From: an uncultured Clostridium sp.
GTDB taxonomy: Bacteria > Bacillota > Clostridia > TANB77 > CAG-508
DNA length: 62,765 bases
Direction of reading: 5' to 3'
Assembly (NCBI GenBank): GCA_946545015.1
Contig: CAMNMV010000002.1
Location: forward strand, 1-62,765
The position numbers were made by a program, and so were the translations under genes. Below are positions 47,982-56,486 of the stretch, piece after piece. How positions within the stretch are numbered: the first letter of the stretch is position 1; every line of letters starts with the position of its first letter. The notes below the pieces were generated by a model. The model was given only the letters and a program-made list of their open reading frames with translations. It made no database searches and was not told where the DNA came from.

Positions 47982-48026
47982 AACTAGAACTAAATGTGAT
48001 ATAACACAGTTAGTTCTAGTTTTTTA
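47982..48026 (+). terminator. Rho-independent terminator of module 3
   Basis: aactagaacta / tagttctagtt 11-bp stem with an 18-nt loop, followed by ttttt. Confidence 0.75.
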
Positions 48027-48087
48027 TTATGACAAATTATAAAAAAGGCAAAAGATAATAAAAAAATAAATTTAGGAGGAAAAAGAA

Positions 48088-48852
48088 ATGTTTAATCTTG
48101 TTAAAGATGAATTTGAAGAAAATGCAGATGATATATTAGCTTCAATTAATAAAATGTTAAATAGTAAAGAAGAAAAAAAAGGAAAATTGTTTGTAATAGA
48201 TGGAACTGATGGAAGCGGAAAACAAACACAATTTAAGAAATTACAAGAAAGATTAGATGCAGAAAATATTGAATATAGAGTTGTAAGCTTTCCAAATTAT
48301 GATAGCCCAAGTTCATCATTAGTAAAAATGTATTTATCAGGTGAATTTGGCAAAAATGCCAAAGATGTTAGCCCATATATAGCATCTACATTTTATGCGG
48401 CAGATAGATATGCAACATTTAAAACGGGATATCAAGAATATTATGATAATGGTGGAATTATATTAGCAGACAGATATACAACTGCAAATATGGTGCATCA
48501 AGCAGGAAAAATATCAGATGAAGAAGAAAGACAAAAGTTTTTAGATTGGTTATGGGAATTTGAATTTAATTTATATGGATTACCTGTTCCAACAGAAGTA
48601 TTCTTCCTAAATATGCCAGTTGAAAAATCATTAGAATTAATTAAAGATAGAGATAATAAATTTACAAATCAAGCACAAAAAGATATACATGAAAGTGATA
48701 AAAATCATTTGATTGATGCTCATGCTGCAGCTTGTTATGTTGCAAAAAAATATGATTGGTATGAAATTAATTGTGTAGATGAAAAAGACAATATAAGAAC
48801 AATAGAAGATATACATGAACAAATATATAATGAAATAATAAAAAATATTTAG
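48088..48852 (+). CDS. Thymidylate kinase family protein (long form)
   Basis: P-loop FVIDGTDGSGKQTQ and DRYTTANMVHQ. It is longer than a canonical Tmk because of an N-terminal extension. Confidence 0.65.
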   Translation: MFNLVKDEFEENADDILASINKMLNSKEEKKGKLFVIDGTDGSGKQTQFKKLQERLDAENIEYRVVSFPNYDSPSSSLVKMYLSGEFGKNAKDVSPYIASTFYAADRYATFKTGYQEYYDNGGIILADRYTTANMVHQAGKISDEEERQKFLDWLWEFEFNLYGLPVPTEVFFLNMPVEKSLELIKDRDNKFTNQAQKDIHESDKNHLIDAHAAACYVAKKYDWYEINCVDEKDNIRTIEDIHEQIYNEIIKNI

Positions 48853-48864
48853 AATCAATATAAA

Positions 48865-48878
48865 CTTAGGGAAATAAG
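48865..48878 (+). promoter_or_regulatory. CTTAGGGAAATAAG motif copy (exact)
   Basis: Exact 14-mer ending 16 nt upstream of the -35 hexamer of the ncRNA promoter. Confidence 0.5.
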
Positions 48879-48894
48879 GAATATATAAATTTGA

Positions 48895-48923
48895 TTGACC
48901 TAAAAAAATAAATATGTTATAAT
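48895..48923 (+). promoter_or_regulatory. Consensus sigma-A promoter of the large ncRNA
   Basis: TTGACC, 17 nt, TATAAT with an extended -10 (TGtTATAAT). Confidence 0.7.
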
Positions 48924-48929
48924 ACATCT

Positions 48930-49510
48930 GATGGTGCATTATTCTAGTCATACACAACCTTACGAGGGTGGGGCTAAAAATCCACTAAAGGGCACATCGT
49001 TGAAGTTTCTTAGTGTTGCGCGAAATGCCAGTTTTGTGTGGCTCTAGGGAGTAAAGAGGTTAGGGTAGTATGTAATGGCATATGTATGAACCCCTGGCTT
49101 CGCGGAGGCTTAAAAATGAATTTTTAAGTAAAACCTATGTTGAGTGCCAAGACACAATAAACATAGTGTAGCCTGTCTCGAGTGAGTGTATTGGGATTAG
49201 TCTAATATATATTAGAAATGATTTAGGCCAAATTGTACTAATATTGGCTATGAAATTGCACTTGCAAAAAAGACTAGTAAGGTTTTAATAGTATGTTAAG
49301 GAAAACTTCTAGAATGTTTGCAAAGTAATTTGCAAGGGAGTCTAGGGATTAAGGTACGGATTTTAGTGGCGATCTGGTGTTTACTTAAGTACAAGTAAAT
49401 ATTTTCCTCAAACGGAAACGGCTCTAGCAGTAATGCTAAGCGGAAAATAGAGAAATTCAACTAGACCTAAACCGTAAAATTTACTTAGACTTCTACCATC
49501 TAAGTTTTTT
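48930..49510 (+). ncRNA. Large (~580 nt) structured non-coding RNA, candidate OLE-class RNA
   Basis: A 760-bp gap with no credible ORF and G+C clearly above the flanks. It has its own promoter and terminator (acttaga / tctaagt stem plus tttttt at 49483-49510). Several local helices are present, two of them capped by GUAA tetraloops (49318-49335 ttgcaaa-gtaa-tttgcaa, and tagca-gtaa-tgcta near 49425). A small four-TM protein gene lies immediately downstream. Confidence 0.55.
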
Positions 49511-49615
49511 ATACATAATTAAATATAATAACTTAATAACTATAAAAAACGTAAGAAATAGATATAAAAGAAAAACAAAAATAAATAAAATATAATTAAT
49601 TACAAAGGGAGAATT

Positions 49616-50164
49616 ATGAAAAAAGATCAGAAAGAACACTCGAATATTAAATGGTTTATAGAAGTTTTTATATTAACTTTTATACTGTCTATAGTGTTTT
49701 CATATATTTCTACAAATGGTGTAGCAGGATTAAGTTTAGTTCCTGCAATATTAATATTAATATTAGTAATATTTGTAGGGATATTTTTTGACGTTATAGC
49801 AGTTGCAGTTACTGTAGCAAATGAAGAAGAATTTCATGCTAAAGCAACTAAAAAAGTCGAAGGATCCAAAAGTTCTATAAAATTAATAAGAAATGCACCT
49901 AGAGTAGCTAATATATGTGCAGATGTTATAGGCGACATTTGTGGAGTATTAAGTGGAGCAATTAGTGCATTGATAGCAGTAAAGATTACTGAACAATTCG
50001 GATTATCATTTAATTTACAATTTATATTAAGTGCAATAGTTGCAGCATTAACAGTTGGAGGAAAAGCAATAGGTAAAGAAATCGCAAATAAGAAATCAAC
50101 GCCAATAGTACATGCTGTTGGAAAAATATTAAATAAATTCAAAAAAAGGGAGGAAACCATATGA
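49616..50164 (+). CDS. Small four-TM membrane protein, candidate OLE-associated protein OapA
   Basis: 182 aa (about 20 kDa) with four predicted TM helices, some carrying Asp residues (FFDVIAVAV, CADVIGDICG). It lies directly 3' of the large ncRNA. Confidence 0.45.
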   Translation: MKKDQKEHSNIKWFIEVFILTFILSIVFSYISTNGVAGLSLVPAILILILVIFVGIFFDVIAVAVTVANEEEFHAKATKKVEGSKSSIKLIRNAPRVANICADVIGDICGVLSGAISALIAVKITEQFGLSFNLQFILSAIVAALTVGGKAIGKEIANKKSTPIVHAVGKILNKFKKREETI

Positions 50165-51687
50165 GTAGAAGCAAAGGAAGAAGATATGAACAAGAACCAA
50201 AACTAAATTTGAAAAAAGTATTTGCAGTATTAATGGCAGTTGCAGTAGTAGTTATGTTTGTGTTCATAATTAATGGAATTCTATCAAAAGGTGAAAACAA
50301 AGGAAAAGTAGTAAACCAAAGTTATTTTACAGTATTTAAAGATAATAAATGGGGAGTGATAGATTCTAATGGTGAAACTATAATTGATCCTTCTTATGAG
50401 GAAATGATTGTAATCCCAAATATAAATAGAGATGTATTTATTTGCACTTATGATGTAAATTATGATACAGGTGATTATAAAACAAAAGTATTAAATGCTA
50501 AAAATGAACAAATTTTTAAAGATTATGAAAAAGTAGAAGCAATACAAAATAGTAATACAGCCAATAGTTTGTGGTATGAAAATAATGTATTAAAAATATC
50601 AAAAAATGGAAAATTTGGATTAATAAATCTTGATGGAAAAGAAGTTCTAAGTGCAGAATACGATGAAATAACAACAATTAGTGGAATTTCAAATGCATTA
50701 AAAACAAAAAAAGACAATAAATATGGAATTGTAACAGATGAAGGAAGAGTAATTGTTGAAAATAAATATGCAGATATTACAAACTTAGGTAAAGATGATA
50801 AAGCAGGATTTATAGTAAAAAATGAAGAGGGAAAACTTGGAGTAGTAAATCATTCTGGAGAACAAGCATTAGAAACTAAATATGAAGCAATAGAAAACGT
50901 TTTTGGAAATGATATGTATGTTATCAAAGAAGCTAATGCACAAAAATTAATTAGCAAAGATGGAACTGTAATTTTAGCAGAAGGATTTGATAAAATATCA
51001 AGTATATTAAAAAATAAAGATGAAGGTATAGTATTTGAAAAAGCTGGAAAATTAGGAGTAATGAAATTAACAGGAGAAGTAACAATTCCTGCTGAATATG
51101 AAGATATTAAAGAAGCAAAAGAAGGCATACTAATTGCTAAAAAAGAAGGAAAATATGGAATAATAGATTTAACAAATACAGCAAAAATAGAATTTAAATA
51201 CTTACTTATAACATATGTTGAAAGTGCAGATATATATATATTAGAAGATGCTGATGCAACATCAACAATATTAGATAGTACTTTAGAAGTTAAATTAACA
51301 GGAATATTAAATGAACTAAATGAAGATAAAGGATATTTAAAAATAAGAGTTGCTGATGACTATAAATATTACAACTTCAAATTTGAAGAAAAACAAGCTA
51401 AAGATATTTTAACAACAAATACATTATTTTTAAGTAAAAAAGACGGAAAATATGGTTATGTTGATAAAGATGGTAAAGTAGTTGTAGATTACATTTATGA
51501 TGATGCAAAAGAACAAAATTCATGTGGATTTGTAGCTGTAAAAAAAGACGGAAAATGGGGAGCTCTAAATAATAAAGGAAATGTAGTTGTTGATACAATT
51601 TACAATTTAGATAATTATTTAGAAGTTGATTTCATAGGAAGATGGCATTTAGGTCAAGATAGGAATTTAAACTATTATATTCAATAA
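50161..51687 (+). CDS. WG-repeat (KWG-like) protein with N-terminal membrane anchor
   Basis: Reiterated units such as KWGVIDSNGETIIDPSYEEM, GKFGLINLDGKEVLSAEYDEI, NKYGIVTDEGRVIVENKYADI, GKYGYVDKDGKVVVDYIYDDA and GKWGALNNKGNVVVDTIY. An ATGA overlap joins it to the upstream gene. Confidence 0.65.
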   Translation: MSRSKGRRYEQEPKLNLKKVFAVLMAVAVVVMFVFIINGILSKGENKGKVVNQSYFTVFKDNKWGVIDSNGETIIDPSYEEMIVIPNINRDVFICTYDVNYDTGDYKTKVLNAKNEQIFKDYEKVEAIQNSNTANSLWYENNVLKISKNGKFGLINLDGKEVLSAEYDEITTISGISNALKTKKDNKYGIVTDEGRVIVENKYADITNLGKDDKAGFIVKNEEGKLGVVNHSGEQALETKYEAIENVFGNDMYVIKEANAQKLISKDGTVILAEGFDKISSILKNKDEGIVFEKAGKLGVMKLTGEVTIPAEYEDIKEAKEGILIAKKEGKYGIIDLTNTAKIEFKYLLITYVESADIYILEDADATSTILDSTLEVKLTGILNELNEDKGYLKIRVADDYKYYNFKFEEKQAKDILTTNTLFLSKKDGKYGYVDKDGKVVVDYIYDDAKEQNSCGFVAVKKDGKWGALNNKGNVVVDTIYNLDNYLEVDFIGRWHLGQDRNLNYYIQ

Positions 51688-51713
51688 TTTTCGTAGGAAG
51701 GATATAGTAATAG

Positions 51714-52943
51714 ATGGAACTAAAGATAAACTATCAATATACATATTTTATACATCCTTTTATAGTAAAGGAACAAAGGTATCAAAAATATTTATTGAAA
51801 ATGTTAAAAGATAAAAATAGTAGATTAAAAATATTCAAAAAAGAAAGAGATTTAAATTTATATAAATATTTCTTACCTGAAATTAGAGAATTCTTATTTT
51901 CTAGTTTTGACTTTACAAGTAATAAATTAAAAAGTTTAGAGACTTTACCAGTAGATACTCAAAGTGCAATACTTGCAAAATATCCTTGTACAATGTTTGA
52001 ATATAATTTGGAAAATGACATACAGGGAAAAACAGGTGAAGAAAAAGGAATATTTTTCAACATTAATAAGATCGAAATAATTTGCTTTAATACAGGAATA
52101 TGCTTTTTATGCATTAAAACTAATGTAGAAAATACTAATAGATTTGATGATGTATTGAATTTTAATTATAAATTTAGAGATATAAATCAAGAATTTAAAA
52201 CAAAACAATATGACAAAATTAAAATTCAAACAAGTGCATATGATGATATGAAAAGTTTTACAGATTTGATAAAAGATATAACAGGTGCAAATATGGATGC
52301 TGCAAGATATGATGTGGATGGTGAAAGATTTTTAACATATTCATATGCATGCATAGAACAAGATTATTGGAATGAATTTAGAAAATTTGAAAATATTGAA
52401 CATAATTTTATAAAGTTTGCTAATATACTTCCAGCAGATAATATAGCAAATTTCATAAAAGATGAATCAGTTTCAATTTCTGAATGGAAATATGCAAAAA
52501 TTGGATTAACGAAACAAGGTATAACACTATTTGCTTCGGCTACAGAAATGAATAATTTTTCAATATTTCCAGAAGAATTTGAAAATCAATATTTTTACAC
52601 ATATATATTAAATTTATATAAAAAGATTTATTTAAATAAATTAAATGTAGAGTTTAGTAATACAAAGAATATCAGAGCAATAAGAAAAAAATTCATAGAA
52701 TTCACTAAAAAAGTTTGGATTCAAGAAATAACAGGAGACGAAGCTGGAACAATTATTAATCATAGATTAAATGATGTACTTGAATTAGAAACTTTATATC
52801 TATATACAAAAAATAAATATGATGTTTTATATAAAGATTTAAATATAGAGAAAAACACAAAAATAACAATAGTATTAGCTTTAACATTATTGGCAACAGT
52901 AATAATGAATATAGTTAATTTTTGGCAGATGAGCAAAAAATAA
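51714..52943 (+). CDS. Hypothetical protein with a single C-terminal TM helix
   Basis: 409-aa ORF with native codon usage and a C-terminal ITIVLALTLLATVIMNIVNFW. I recognise no family. Confidence 0.5.
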   Translation: MELKINYQYTYFIHPFIVKEQRYQKYLLKMLKDKNSRLKIFKKERDLNLYKYFLPEIREFLFSSFDFTSNKLKSLETLPVDTQSAILAKYPCTMFEYNLENDIQGKTGEEKGIFFNINKIEIICFNTGICFLCIKTNVENTNRFDDVLNFNYKFRDINQEFKTKQYDKIKIQTSAYDDMKSFTDLIKDITGANMDAARYDVDGERFLTYSYACIEQDYWNEFRKFENIEHNFIKFANILPADNIANFIKDESVSISEWKYAKIGLTKQGITLFASATEMNNFSIFPEEFENQYFYTYILNLYKKIYLNKLNVEFSNTKNIRAIRKKFIEFTKKVWIQEITGDEAGTIINHRLNDVLELETLYLYTKNKYDVLYKDLNIEKNTKITIVLALTLLATVIMNIVNFWQMSKK

Positions 52944-52947
52944 TTGA

Positions 52948-53015
52948 TTGCCAATAATTTTAGTTTTTGAATATCAAAGTTTTTGTTCAAAAACCAAAAT
53001 TATTGGCAATTTTTA
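52948..53015 (+). terminator. Long hairpin terminator
   Basis: ttgccaataattttagttt / aaaccaaaattattggcaa 19-bp stem (one mismatch), followed by ttttt. Confidence 0.75.
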
Positions 53016-53110
53016 TAAAAAATAAAAATAAAAGTAAAATTAGAATTAGAATATAAAATATAAATTATAAAGTTGCATTAAAATATAAAAATTAGGTGGA
53101 AGGAGACAAT

Positions 53111-53488
53111 ATGAAAATATCTTGTGGAACTGATATTATAGAAATAGAAAGAGTAAAATGTTCTATTGAATCAGATGTGGGAGATAAATTTGTTGAAAGA
53201 ATTTATACTCAATATGAGATTGACTATTGTGAAAGTAAAAACAATCAAAAGTATCAACATTATGCTGCTAGATTTGCAGCTAAAGAAGCGATTTTTAAAG
53301 CAATATCAAGTGGATTGAAAAATAAATTTGGTATTGAATGGAAACAAATTGAAATAAAAAATAATGAAGACGGAAGACCTTATGTAGTGATACATAATGA
53401 TGTGATAGATAATATAGAATACATCGATTTAAGCATTTCACATTGTAAAGAATATGCTACTGCTAATGCAGTTGCAGTGTTCAAGTAA
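53111..53488 (+). CDS. acpS: Holo-[acyl-carrier-protein] synthase
   Basis: MKISCGTDIIEIERV...RFAAKEAIFKA...LSISHCKEYATA. Confidence 0.85.
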   Translation: MKISCGTDIIEIERVKCSIESDVGDKFVERIYTQYEIDYCESKNNQKYQHYAARFAAKEAIFKAISSGLKNKFGIEWKQIEIKNNEDGRPYVVIHNDVIDNIEYIDLSISHCKEYATANAVAVFK

Positions 53489-53498
53489 GGAGATAAAA

Positions 53499-54275
53499 AT
53501 GGAGTTTTTTGATTCACATTCACATTTAAATGATGAAAAATTTGATGATGATAGATTAGAAATGATAAAGAAAATAAAAGATGAAGATGTAACTAGATTT
53601 TTAACTTGTGGTTACAATTTAGAAGGATCTAAAAAAGCAATTGATATAGCAAAAAATTGTGATTATACATATGCAACTGCAGGGATTTCACCAAATGATA
53701 TTCCACAAAGTGAAGAAGAATTGTGGAAAAATATAAAAGAAATTAAAGAATTAGCTAAAAATAAAAAAGTAGTTGCAATCGGAGAAATAGGATTAGATTA
53801 TTATTGGAATAAGGATAATCATGAATTACAGATAGAAGCTTTTAAAAAACAGATACAAATTGCAAATGAGTTAGATTTACCAATTGTAATACATACACGT
53901 GATGCCGTAATGGATACATTGAGAGTTTTAAAAGAAAATAATGTTATTAATAAAGGAGTATTCCACTGTTGCCCATTAAATCGAGAATTAGTTAAAGAAG
54001 CTATAAAATTAGATTTTTACATATCGTTTTCAGGAGTAGTCACATTTAAAAATGCAAAAAATGCAGATGAAATAATTAATATGGTTCCAAGTGATAGGAT
54101 ATTAATAGAAACTGATAGCCCATATTTGGCTCCAGAGCCAGTTAGAGGAACTAGAAATAATCCAACAAATGTAAAATTAGTAGCAAAGAAAATAGCTAGT
54201 GCTAGAAATGAAGACTTAGAGGAAGTTTCAAAATATACTTATGAAAATGCAAAAAGATTGTTTAAAATAAAATAG
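53499..54275 (+). CDS. tatD: TatD family metal-dependent hydrolase
   Basis: FFDSHSHLND, AIGEIGLDYYW, PIVIHTRDA and ETDSPYLAPEPVRG. Confidence 0.85.
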   Translation: MEFFDSHSHLNDEKFDDDRLEMIKKIKDEDVTRFLTCGYNLEGSKKAIDIAKNCDYTYATAGISPNDIPQSEEELWKNIKEIKELAKNKKVVAIGEIGLDYYWNKDNHELQIEAFKKQIQIANELDLPIVIHTRDAVMDTLRVLKENNVINKGVFHCCPLNRELVKEAIKLDFYISFSGVVTFKNAKNADEIINMVPSDRILIETDSPYLAPEPVRGTRNNPTNVKLVAKKIASARNEDLEEVSKYTYENAKRLFKIK

Positions 54276-54448
54276 TTGAAGTAATTAAAAATAAATAGAT
54301 TAATATATAAAATAGTATGTTAGTCTATTTATTTTTTCTAGGGAATAAATATTTTGGAATAAATTTTATTTTAATTAATATAATATATATAAAGGCTTGG
54401 AAAATAAAGATATATGACGACTATATACATAATTGGGTTTGGACAAAT

Positions 54449-54462
54449 CTTAGGGAAATAAG
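54449..54462 (+). promoter_or_regulatory. CTTAGGGAAATAAG motif copy (exact)
   Basis: Exact 14-mer ending 22 nt upstream of the -35 of the G5-protein promoter. A degenerate copy (tctagggaataaat) lies at 54337-54350. Confidence 0.5.
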
Positions 54463-54484
54463 AGATACAAAATTGTGCCAAAAT

Positions 54485-54513
54485 TTGACAAATGATAAAA
54501 AATATAGTATAAT
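54485..54513 (+). promoter_or_regulatory. Consensus sigma-A promoter of the G5-domain protein gene
   Basis: TTGACA, 17 nt, TATAAT read directly. Confidence 0.65.
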
Positions 54514-54545
54514 ATAGTTGTTGCCAAAAGGAGGTAATATTTTAT

Positions 54546-55505
54546 ATGAAAATTAAAAGTCAAGAAAGAGCTTCAATTTCTATAGCAAAAATATTATGTA
54601 TAAGTTTAATTTTAATACTAATATCTGGTATAGGGGTTATGGCCGTAAGCGCAAAACTTAATGACGTAAAAATAGTACTTAGAAATGGATACGAAATGAC
54701 AGTATTAACATCAAAAACAAAAGTATCTGATATATTAGCTGAAAACAATATAATTTTAGGTGAAGATGAAAAAGCAGTTCCAGGTTTAGATGAAGAAATT
54801 ATTCCAGGGACAGCAATTGAGATAAAAAATAAATCTGAACAAGAAGTGCAAATATCACAAATTTCTGAAACAGGTGTACAAACATCAATGGATGATTTAT
54901 TAAAAAATTATGCACCAATTACAGAAAAAATAATTGTTGAACAAATTGAAATACCTTTTGAAACAATAACTAAAGAAGCTACAGGAACAGGTGATCAAAC
55001 AAGAAACCAAGTTATTCAAAAAGGTGTAAACGGATTAAAAGAAATTACTTATAAAGTTAAATATCAAAATGATGTAGAAATAGAAAAAATTGTATTATCA
55101 GAAGTAGTTGTAAAAGAACCAGTAAACAAAATTGTTCAAGTACAAAAAGTGACATCAAGAAGTGCAGTTGTTGATAGAGAAATACCAGCTGCTGTATCAG
55201 GAACAGTTGCAGATTATCAAGCATATGCAAGACAAAGATGTTATGATTATGGTTGGACAGATTATGATTTTAACTGTTTAGTAAAACTTTGGAATAGGGA
55301 AAGTGGATGGAGAGTAAACGCAGCTAACCCAAGTGGCGCATACGGAATTCCACAAGCATTACCTGCAAGTAAAATGGCATCTGCAGGACCAGAATATAGA
55401 ACAAACTATATGACTCAAATAAATTGGGGATTAGGTTATATAAGCGGTAGATACGGTTCACCATCATCAGCATGGAGTCATTCACAATCAAGAGGATGGT
55501 ATTAA
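54546..55505 (+). CDS. Cell-wall protein with DUF348-like and G5 domains and a C-terminal lysozyme/transglycosylase-like domain
   Basis: It has an N-terminal anchor and a G5-like region (VIQKGVNGLKEITYKVKYQNDVEIEK). The C-terminus reads LWNRESGWRVNAANPSGAYGIPQALPASKMAS...GRYGSPSSAWSHSQSRGWY. Confidence 0.7.
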   Translation: MKIKSQERASISIAKILCISLILILISGIGVMAVSAKLNDVKIVLRNGYEMTVLTSKTKVSDILAENNIILGEDEKAVPGLDEEIIPGTAIEIKNKSEQEVQISQISETGVQTSMDDLLKNYAPITEKIIVEQIEIPFETITKEATGTGDQTRNQVIQKGVNGLKEITYKVKYQNDVEIEKIVLSEVVVKEPVNKIVQVQKVTSRSAVVDREIPAAVSGTVADYQAYARQRCYDYGWTDYDFNCLVKLWNRESGWRVNAANPSGAYGIPQALPASKMASAGPEYRTNYMTQINWGLGYISGRYGSPSSAWSHSQSRGWY

Positions 55506-55524
55506 AATTAAATTGATTTGAAGC

Positions 55525-55567
55525 AAATCCAGATTGCTAGGCAGATGTTTAGCAATTTGGATTTTTT
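55525..55567 (+). terminator. Rho-independent terminator
   Basis: aaatccagattgcta / tagcaatttggattt 15-bp stem (one G-U), followed by tttt. Confidence 0.8.
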
Positions 55568-55634
55568 ATATAATAATCTAATAATTATTATAAATTAGAT
55601 ATAACAAATAAAATAAAAGTCGAGGGCAAAAAAT

Positions 55635-56390
55635 ATGAAATTAATATCATGGAATGTAAATGGAATAAGAGCATGTGTAAATAAAGGGTTTAAAGATTTT
55701 TTTAAAGATGAAAATGCAGATATTTTTTGTATTCAAGAAACAAAATGTCAAGAAGGGCAAATTGAATTAGAATTTGAAGGCTATAAAAGTTTTTGGAATA
55801 GTGCAGAAAAGAAAGGTTATTCAGGTACAGCAATATTTTGCAAAAAAGAGCCAATATCTGTGAAATATGGTATAGGAATAGAAGAACATGATAAAGAAGG
55901 TAGAGTAATCACACTGGAATTTGAAAAATTCTATATGGTAAACATTTATACGCCAAATTCTAAAAGAGAATTAGAACGTTTAGATTATAGATGCATTTGG
56001 GAAGACGAAATTAGAAAATATTTATTAGAATTAAATAAAACAAAACCAGTAATCATGTGTGGTGATTTAAATGTGGCACATAAAGAAATAGATTTAAAAA
56101 ATCCCAAAACAAACCATCATAATGCGGGATTTACTGATGAAGAAAGAGAAAAAATGACTGAACTGTTAGATGCAGGATTTACTGATACATTTAGATATCT
56201 ATATCCTGATAAGGAAGATCAATATAGTTGGTGGTCATATATGGGACATGCTAGAGAGAAAAATATAGGATGGAGAATTGATTATTTCATTATATCAAAT
56301 GATATTCAAAAAAATATAAAAGATGCTTACATATATCCTGAAATTTTAGGAAGTGATCATTGTCCTGTAGGATTAAATATTAATTTATAA
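55635..56390 (+). CDS. xth: Exodeoxyribonuclease III
   Basis: MKLISWNVNGIRA...FCIQETK...GDLNVAHKEIDL...SDHCPV. Confidence 0.9.
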   Translation: MKLISWNVNGIRACVNKGFKDFFKDENADIFCIQETKCQEGQIELEFEGYKSFWNSAEKKGYSGTAIFCKKEPISVKYGIGIEEHDKEGRVITLEFEKFYMVNIYTPNSKRELERLDYRCIWEDEIRKYLLELNKTKPVIMCGDLNVAHKEIDLKNPKTNHHNAGFTDEEREKMTELLDAGFTDTFRYLYPDKEDQYSWWSYMGHAREKNIGWRIDYFIISNDIQKNIKDAYIYPEILGSDHCPVGLNINL

Positions 56391-56486
56391 TATTGAAGAA
56401 TAATATTAGAATAATTTTAATTACTAAAATTAAATCATTAAAATTAAATCTCTTAATAAAATTTATTGAAAGGAGAAATTTTTAGA

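Noticed and set aside
48637-48957. 106-aa minus-strand ORF spanning the end of the kinase gene and the ncRNA promoter.
   Set aside because: It is low-complexity Ile/Phe/Tyr-rich sequence antisense to a good CDS and crossing a consensus promoter. It has no SD and is judged spurious.
48930-49510. Identity of the large RNA as RNase P RNA, tmRNA, 6S RNA, a T-box or a group II intron fragment.
   Set aside because: - Its size (~580 nt) does not fit those RNAs.
- It lacks the hallmarks I can recall: the RNase P GAGGAAAGUCC-like core, the tmRNA tRNA-like ends and tag ORF, and the T-box motif.
- It has an autonomous promoter and terminator.
Large ornate RNA classes fit better.
54317-54517. 66-aa plus-strand ORF between tatD and the G5-domain gene.
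   Set aside because: It runs through the tatD terminator T-run, both CTTAGGGAA-type motifs and the consensus promoter of the next gene. It has no SD and is more likely regulatory DNA.
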